A stretch of DNA of 30,244 nucleotides, taken from IMG/VR virus record IMGVR_UViG_3300016474_000557, positions 1-30,244 of that record. One strand, 5' to 3'. Source of the stretch: a virus. Its lineage: Duplodnaviria > Caudoviricetes. Made by a program: the position numbers and the translations under genes. The notes below the pieces were generated by a model. The model did no database searches. It saw only the letters and a program-made list of their open reading frames with translations, and was not told the origin of the DNA. Position 1 is the stretch's first letter. Each line of letters begins with the position of its first letter. Shown one piece after another: positions 25,279 through 30,244 of this stretch.

Positions 25279-25452
25279 TCACGAGTGTACTACATCGGAC
25301 TGGAGCTTCATGGCTGTAGCCCCGCCCCCGTGCTTGCACTTGAGCGTCCTACTGCACGACACCTGGGTGTACTCCACAGATGCCTCTGGCAGCAAGAACC
25401 CGCATCGGGGGCACACCCACGTGCGCCCCGTCGTCTCTTCCTTGCGTGCCAT
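25279..25452 (-). CDS. 57-aa zinc-ribbon-like protein (not in ORF track)
   Basis: MARKEETTGRTWVCPRCG...CSRTLKC; GGAGG RBS; fills the gap exactly. Confidence 0.6.
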   Translation of the reverse strand: MARKEETTGRTWVCPRCGFLLPEASVEYTQVSCSRTLKCKHGGGATAMKLQSDVVHS

Positions 25453-25453
25453 C

Positions 25454-25633
25454 TCAGCCTCCGGTCCTGTAGAAGCCCCGCCCCTTGAGGACGACGCCGG
25501 GTGCGCTGTACACCCTCTTTACGGGACGGAACTCTCCACTAGGATGGAGGGCTGTGTCAAGGGCATCTTCGAAGATCGACTGACTGATCTCAGTTCTCGT
25601 CCCGTCTTCGAACTCGTACTCATACGTCGGCAT
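25454..25633 (-). CDS. FmdB-family small protein lacking cysteines
   Basis: MPTYEY...Q...DAL...KRVYSAPGVVLKGRGFYRT. Confidence 0.7.
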   Translation of the reverse strand: MPTYEYEFEDGTRTEISQSIFEDALDTALHPSGEFRPVKRVYSAPGVVLKGRGFYRTGG

Positions 25634-25802
25634 AGGGGTTGTCTGCTCCTCGTGGTGCGTAGTGCAGAGTAGCATACCCTGCCATCAGGTTGTCCTTCCA
25701 ATCCTCCCGCATGCGCTTGAACCACGCTTGCCGGGAGGCTTCGTTCATCTTGCCCCAAGTGGTGAACTCTACACCGATCTCGGGGGCGCTGCCGATTGCC
25801 AT
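25620..25802 (-). CDS. Small hypothetical protein
   Basis: 60-aa ORF in the operon. Confidence 0.5.
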   Translation of the reverse strand: MAIGSAPEIGVEFTTWGKMNEASRQAWFKRMREDWKDNLMAGYATLHYAPRGADNPYADV

Positions 25803-25835
25803 AGCGCTAGACGATAGCCAGCACTGGGCGTGCTG

Positions 25836-26105
25836 TCAAGAACACCAGCGGCAACCTTCCACAGGGGACGGTGCGCCCCGTTTGTCCAATTCCTTCTTGA
25901 TAGCCAGTGTTTTCAGCCCATAGTCCACCAAAGACCTACGGGGGAGATCCCACTGGTGCAGGCCCTCTTTCGTGTGAATCTGTTGGTGAAGCCGTCCAAT
26001 GCTGTCCTGGAGACGGGCAGTGTCTACGTTCGGGATCGACTTCATCTTGACGATCTTGAACTGTTCAGGATGCAGGTTAGCTGGGTCGTTCTCATTGACG
26101 GCCAT
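25836..26105 (-). CDS. Hypothetical protein with LHPEQF tag
   Basis: 89 aa, GAGG RBS. Confidence 0.6.
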   Translation of the reverse strand: MAVNENDPANLHPEQFKIVKMKSIPNVDTARLQDSIGRLHQQIHTKEGLHQWDLPRRSLVDYGLKTLAIKKELDKRGAPSPVEGCRWCS

Positions 26106-26292
26106 ACGGCTTGCCCCTCATAGGGCGCAACGCCCCCTTGGCAAACGTGCCAGGAGGGTAGATACGTGCTGTGGAGTTGTTCGGGTCCTCGTCATACGGT
26201 AGCGGCTCTTCCTCGGGAAGGTGTGCCTTGTAGACGTGATGGTCTGGAAGGCGCTCTGTAGTGGCGAACTGGATGCTGTTGATGTTCTTCAT
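26092..26292 (-). CDS. Hypothetical protein with INSIQF tag
   Basis: ATGA-coupled start at 26292. Confidence 0.6.
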   Translation of the reverse strand: MKNINSIQFATTERLPDHHVYKAHLPEEEPLPYDEDPNNSTARIYPPGTFAKGALRPMRGKPYGRQ

Positions 26293-26690
26293 AGGTAGTC
26301 CGGTGGGTCGTTGGTGAGGGAAGGATAGGGCTTGAAGGAATGTACACCGGTCACCTTGAATCCTTGAGCGCTGCGGACCTCGTAAGACGGCACGTTCTTC
26401 TCTGCCGGGTTCTTGGGGTCCCCACCCATCGTAGTCAGGACGCTCTCCAGATCCTCTTTGGGGTCCACTCGCTCTACAGTGTACGTAGTGCTGAACATCT
26501 CCCCCTGAGGTCCGTTTGCGTATGGGCTGTCTCGGTGGTACAGCTTGGCATGGTACGCCTCTGTAGCTGCGTACGCACGAGCACCACGCATGTCGTTGGG
26601 GCCGTGTGCCATACGAGGCTCCACAACGTCCCCCGGCTTGAACACCGCAGGAGAGGAGTGGAAGAACTGTGTCTGGCTGAGGTTTCTCAT
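26289..26690 (-). CDS. Arr (rifampin ADP-ribosyltransferase)-like fold protein
   Basis: FFHSSPAVFKPGDVVEP...AYAAT...YTVE...RS..GFKVTG parallels Arr FYHGT..L..GDL...YFT...YIVEP...YRS..PLRIVG. Confidence 0.55.
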   Translation of the reverse strand: MRNLSQTQFFHSSPAVFKPGDVVEPRMAHGPNDMRGARAYAATEAYHAKLYHRDSPYANGPQGEMFSTTYTVERVDPKEDLESVLTTMGGDPKNPAEKNVPSYEVRSAQGFKVTGVHSFKPYPSLTNDPPDYL

Positions 26691-27715
26691 GTGTACTTGT
26701 ACGAGTGTTGCGTGTTGGACGAGCGGGCTTCGTAGATGTCCTCGTGATACAGCACGGGGGCGAACTGGTCGGGAGAGTGCACACGAGCCACTGCCATGCG
26801 GTGGTGGCCCCCCACCATCTGCGGCTTCGCTTCGCTACCCATCCGAAGACCCAGACGGATTGGAGACTTGACACCTTCGTTGATGATGGACTCCACCATT
26901 GTGGAGTGGGGAGACGGCTCGGAGACGAGTTCGTGGTCTACCCACGTCTCTGCACGGCGACGAGAGTTGTATGAGGGAGCGCCCTTCATACCGCCCCTGC
27001 CCTTCGTCGTCCTGTACCATCCTCGGTCGCCGTCAACTCCGGTCATCTTTGGTCTGGTGTTGTGACCGGGTACTGTCTTGAGGGTGTAGTGCCCGCCAGC
27101 AGAGGTCTCGTGTCCGTGAGGCGTCCTGTAGACAGCCTCATCCTCATAGTCATACTGCCCACTGGGAGGGGCCTCGTCAGCCTCGTCGTACTTGCGGTTC
27201 CACAGATCCTCAGTGCTCTCGGCCTGGTCCACTCCATAGCGCACCGGGTTAGTGGAGCTAGGGCGCTTGAAGACGGTCTTCCTGCGCTTGAACCCCTGTG
27301 CGTCAGTGACGGCCCCCGTGGCAGTACGCAGCCCTCTGTACATGTTGGGTACTTCGTCGGTGCGCTCGTTGCGCTCGGTGTGCATACCCGCACGTGGGTC
27401 GTTGGTGCCAGACGTGAGTGCGTAACCATCGTGACGGTCACCATCTAGAGGCTGCCACTCTCGTTCGATCTCACGAGGTGTCATAAACATCTTAAGCTGA
27501 TCACCGACCTTGTGATGGGTGGTCACGGCACGAGGAGTAGGGTTGGCCGGGTCCTTCTCTGAGAACTCCTTGATCTTTCGATCCCTCGTCTGCCCAGAGA
27601 ACCCTACGCCCTCACTGATCTGACGCTTCTTGTACTCCCAGCTTGACGGGGCCTTCCCAGCGGGAGGCATACCCGGTAGCTCTGGCTGTTCGAACTGTGG
27701 TCCTAGGTTACTCAT
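26687..27715 (-). CDS. Protein with C-terminal ParB/Srx-like domain
   Basis: ESIINEGVKSPIRL...GGHHRMAVA...APVLY; N-terminal LGPQF; internal DQLKMFMTPRE. Confidence 0.7.
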   Translation of the reverse strand: MSNLGPQFEQPELPGMPPAGKAPSSWEYKKRQISEGVGFSGQTRDRKIKEFSEKDPANPTPRAVTTHHKVGDQLKMFMTPREIEREWQPLDGDRHDGYALTSGTNDPRAGMHTERNERTDEVPNMYRGLRTATGAVTDAQGFKRRKTVFKRPSSTNPVRYGVDQAESTEDLWNRKYDEADEAPPSGQYDYEDEAVYRTPHGHETSAGGHYTLKTVPGHNTRPKMTGVDGDRGWYRTTKGRGGMKGAPSYNSRRRAETWVDHELVSEPSPHSTMVESIINEGVKSPIRLGLRMGSEAKPQMVGGHHRMAVARVHSPDQFAPVLYHEDIYEARSSNTQHSYKYT

Positions 27716-27965
27716 GTGGAGCCTCCACTCCGTACTGAGCGTCGTGCGCATTCAGACCAAGGATGCCACGCACCTCACGTCTGGTCTCTCGCCTTCCCGG
27801 CTCCTGCGGGTTGGAACCCCAACCCATCGTGAGGTCGTGAGACGCCAGCGTGTCAGGCTCCTTGCCCTGTGCCTGGAGCGCCCTGTACTCCTCAAGGGTC
27901 AATGTCTGACCCTTCGCCAGTCGCTTGTCAGGGGGAGCCTCTTGGAACTGTGTGGGGTTGAGCAT
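27708..27965 (-). CDS. Hypothetical protein with LNPTQF tag
   Basis: AAAGGA RBS before MLNPTQF. Confidence 0.62.
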   Translation of the reverse strand: MLNPTQFQEAPPDKRLAKGQTLTLEEYRALQAQGKEPDTLASHDLTMGWGSNPQEPGRRETRREVRGILGLNAHDAQYGVEAPHE

Positions 27966-27987
27966 GGCACGATCCTTTCTAGATAGT

Positions 27988-28028
27988 ACTTTAGCACCTT
28001 GACACGTATCAGGCGACTCGCCTACACT
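27988..28028. promoter_or_regulatory. Divergent promoter cassette
   Basis: + strand TTGACA-18 bp-TACACT; - strand GTGCTAAAGT. Confidence 0.55.
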
Positions 28029-28034
28029 ATGGGT

Positions 28035-28199
28035 ATGCTCGTGCAAGGACCGCTCTTTCTCTACGACTACTGCCCCGATACGGGCGAGTATCGTGTGTGG
28101 AACATTGCCCTGCAACGGTGGTCTGTTCCTCTGCTGTGGACCGGCATGATGGACGAGATACTTTCCACCGACTTCCTAGACTGGCTACCGGATCGCTGA
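28035..28199 (+). CDS. Small Trp-rich protein ending LDWLPDR
   Basis: ATG 6 nt after the -10 element (leaderless). Confidence 0.55.
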   Translation: MLVQGPLFLYDYCPDTGEYRVWNIALQRWSVPLLWTGMMDEILSTDFLDWLPDR

Positions 28200-28200
28200 C

Positions 28201-28377
28201 TCAGTCGGGGAGCCAGTCTAGGTGCTCGTCAGACAGGTACCACTCGGTCCATTCTTCCTTCCACGGCATGTGGAGCCACTGGTGCGGCCTCGTCTGGTAC
28301 CAGCACAGTGCAAGGTCGTGATCGTAGTAGTAGTAGTCGTTCTTGAACGCCCCGGTCCTTTTGTCCAGGAATCTCAT
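28201..28377 (-). CDS. Small Trp/Tyr-rich protein ending LDWLPD
   Basis: ATGA-coupled to the upstream gene. Confidence 0.6.
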   Translation of the reverse strand: MRFLDKRTGAFKNDYYYYDHDLALCWYQTRPHQWLHMPWKEEWTEWYLSDEHLDWLPD

Positions 28378-28574
28378 AGTTCGGGCAGCCATTCCCAGAA
28401 CTCGGCTGAAATGGCCTCCAAAGACCCTCCCGTCGTAAGATCGCTGGGCCACACCTCCTGCCACGGGCCTGTATTGTTGGCAGTCCAAAGGGGGCTGAAC
28501 TTCCCCCGCTCTACGTCGTACGTCAGCTTCATCAATAGGACTTTGCGGTCGTAGGAGTACATAGGAACGATCAC
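28374..28574 (-). CDS. Small Trp-rich protein ending WEWLPEL
   Basis: GTG 6 nt after the -10 element. Confidence 0.6.
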   Translation of the reverse strand: MIVPMYSYDRKVLLMKLTYDVERGKFSPLWTANNTGPWQEVWPSDLTTGGSLEAISAEFWEWLPEL

Positions 28575-28580
28575 GGGGCG

Positions 28581-28609
28581 AAACTAGCACGCCCCCACTA
28601 CTCTGTCAA
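28581..28609 (-). promoter_or_regulatory. Sigma70-type promoter
   Basis: TTGACA-17 bp-TAGTTT with TG extension. Confidence 0.62.
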
Positions 28610-28611
28610 GA

Positions 28612-29052
28612 TCAGCGGTCCATGCCCTTGGCGTCTCGGTACTCTCTGTCAGGCTGTGCCAGCCTCTTCACGTCGGGCAGGTTGTCGCTGTGCACTACCG
28701 GGACGTAGTACGCCTTGCCCTTGTTCAACTCAGCGACTCTTGCCGCTTGCACACGGTGGTGCCCGTTGGCGAGAAGGGGCTTACCGCTCGCCCTCGCCCC
28801 CACAGGGTCACCAGCCCATCCAGGGTTGTTGTGCATGATGGTGACCGGCGTCTTGACGCCCTCCTTCTCCACCTCAAGGTCCATGTCGGAGATCCAGTTC
28901 TCCGAGGACTTCTCTCGCCACATGTTGATCTGGCCTTCCTCACCCGGCCCATCAAGACGTGGATCGTAGTCAGCGGGCCACGTTTCGCTCCTGATCTCGT
29001 CAGGGCGCATGAACATACGTAGTTGGTTCGGGTTCAGTACTTTCCTGCTCAT
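28612..29052 (-). CDS. ParB/Srx-like domain protein
   Basis: EVEKEGVKTPVTI...ANGHHRVQAA...VPVV; N-terminal LNPNQLRMFM; GAGGTG RBS. Confidence 0.72.
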   Translation of the reverse strand: MSRKVLNPNQLRMFMRPDEIRSETWPADYDPRLDGPGEEGQINMWREKSSENWISDMDLEVEKEGVKTPVTIMHNNPGWAGDPVGARASGKPLLANGHHRVQAARVAELNKGKAYYVPVVHSDNLPDVKRLAQPDREYRDAKGMDR

Positions 29053-29076
29053 TGCGATCACCTCTTTGTTTCCCCA

Positions 29077-29115
29077 ACTTTAGCACTTGACACGTCCCCG
29101 CTAGGCAAGTAAGGT
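29077..29115. promoter_or_regulatory. Divergent promoter cassette
   Basis: + strand TTGACA-17 bp-TAAGGT; - strand GTGCTAAAGT; near-copy of 27988-28007. Confidence 0.6.
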
Positions 29116-29163
29116 GCAGCACATGATCCCGTCAGCACTCCACCAGGCCACAAGGGAGGACAC

Positions 29164-29322
29164 ATGACCCGTTGCAATGAGTGCATCTACTTCGCCCCGC
29201 TCCCCAACACCCCAACGGTAGGGCGGTGCCAACTGACACTGCCTCCGTTTCTGCGAGCGGAATCACCGTTCACCACCATAGAGATGGGGTGTGACCTTGG
29301 AGTCACAAGGGAGGACCAGTGA
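29164..29322 (+). CDS. 52-aa Cys-rich protein (not in ORF track)
   Basis: GGAGG RBS; MTRCNECIYF...GRC...GC; GTGA-coupled to the next gene. Confidence 0.6.
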   Translation: MTRCNECIYFAPLPNTPTVGRCQLTLPPFLRAESPFTTIEMGCDLGVTREDQ

Positions 29323-29570
29323 GCGACCTGACCGAACGCCTGCGGAATGCCTGTGACTACGAGAACGAAACCGTCTACGAGTTCTGCAACCGAGCCGCTG
29401 ACGCTCTGGAAGCCGCCGAAGCGAAACTCGCCGCCATCGACGCACTGCACCAGCCCGACGCCAGCGGCCTGTGCCAAGAGTGCCCACGGGCTGACGGCAT
29501 GTTCACCGAGGGCTACGGAGAATGGCCCTGTGACACCCATCGCATTCTGCACCCCGAGGAGGACCAGTGA
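29319..29570 (+). CDS. Small early-type protein with H/C zinc motif
   Basis: ALHQP....CQEC...WPCDT..IL, a common actinophage small-protein motif. Confidence 0.7.
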   Translation: MSDLTERLRNACDYENETVYEFCNRAADALEAAEAKLAAIDALHQPDASGLCQECPRADGMFTEGYGEWPCDTHRILHPEEDQ

Positions 29571-29872
29571 GCGAAGAACGACTGACCGACGAATACGAAT
29601 TGTCCAGGCCATGCCCGCTATGCGGCAACGGCCCACGCTCCACGGGCAACTGCGATCACCTCATCACGTTGACGCACGGCAGAGTCGCCATGTCTCGATC
29701 AACCTGGGAGGGGCTGGTCACGGATCGGCTCGCCGTGCGTGACCTGTGTGCCCGTCACGGCATCACCGTTGAGGGCATCGTCGCACTCGTGGACGCCCTG
29801 TTCGACTACCAGGGACCGACCGTGCCTGGCTACGGATGGCTCCGTCGTCTGGCCCGTGGGGAGGAAGCATGA
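29567..29872 (+). CDS. Hypothetical protein (CPLC)
   Basis: GTGA coupling, GGAGG RBS. Confidence 0.65.
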   Translation: MSEERLTDEYELSRPCPLCGNGPRSTGNCDHLITLTHGRVAMSRSTWEGLVTDRLAVRDLCARHGITVEGIVALVDALFDYQGPTVPGYGWLRRLARGEEA

Positions 29873-30244
29873 GTACCGACTACCGCACACTGCTGGCCGA
29901 ACGGCTGCATCAGCGCACCCATGACGACAACCCCGACGTGGAGTTTGCAGCTGACTGCCAAGAGCAGGACGGATGGGTGGGCGACACGTACCTGGCGTAC
30001 AAGGATGCCGCCGACACCATCCTCGCCACCCGCATCCCCGACCTGTGCAACGACTGCGACCAAGGCGACGTGAAGCACCTGCCGTACTCGCAGACCTGCG
30101 TCCACCCGAACGCTCCGACCATCGCTGACCTGTTGCGCTGGGGTGAGAACGTGGCGAAGGCGGTGCCCGATTCAACGCACGATCTGGTTCTGCTGGGACG
30201 GCAGCGCATCCCCTGGGCCACGGCCCTGCTGGCTGCTCTCCGTA
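29869..30244 (+). CDS. Hypothetical protein, runs off the window end
   Basis: ATGA-coupled start MSTDYRTLLAERL; open to the end of the window. Confidence 0.6.
   Translation, partial: MSTDYRTLLAERLHQRTHDDNPDVEFAADCQEQDGWVGDTYLAYKDAADTILATRIPDLCNDCDQGDVKHLPYSQTCVHPNAPTIADLLRWGENVAKAVPDSTHDLVLLGRQRIPWATALLAALR

Noticed and set aside
26289-26690. Calling this an arr rifampin-resistance gene
   Set aside because: Only fold-level motif resemblance; substrate cannot be inferred
1-30244. Stop-codon reassignment suggested by the CTA-like loop at 19385-19458
   Set aside because: Core genes are intact in the standard code with tight packing; no fragmentation at TAG or TGA
1-30244. Prophage integration signatures
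   Set aside because: No integrase, att-like duplication or host genes visible in this window

Overview
Segment of a large dsDNA tailed phage, probably infecting Actinomycetota (GC-rich, LPxTG-anchored protein, M15 endolysin, N4-gp56-type capsid/portal/terminase reminiscent of Bxz1/cluster-C-like actinophages; this is recognition from memory, not a search). Layout: (1) 53-14373, a minus-strand head/packaging module (tail-collar fibre, major capsid, scaffold, portal, metallophosphoesterase, large terminase, KTSC, holin-like); (2) 14424-17184, a short plus-strand block with a sortase-type surface protein and an endolysin; (3) 17318-23626, a minus-strand array of about 32 recognisable tRNAs covering all 20 amino acids, two HNH genes and many non-tRNA structured RNAs; (4) 23682-29052, small accessory genes including ParB-like and ADP-ribosyltransferase-like proteins; (5) start of a plus-strand early operon. 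Best leads: a shared N-terminal [LI]-x-P-x-Q-[FL] tag on about 9 mostly unrelated proteins (possible capsid-targeting signal for injected effectors); a 78-nt tmRNA tRNA-like domain with no mRNA domain; three covarying RNAs carrying the GAAUACG/AGUA motif of 16S rRNA helix 43; a D-armless tRNA-like RNA inside a split tRNA/HNH cassette; and a probable ATT start codon for the portal. All folds and alignments were done by eye; coordinates may be off by a few bases.
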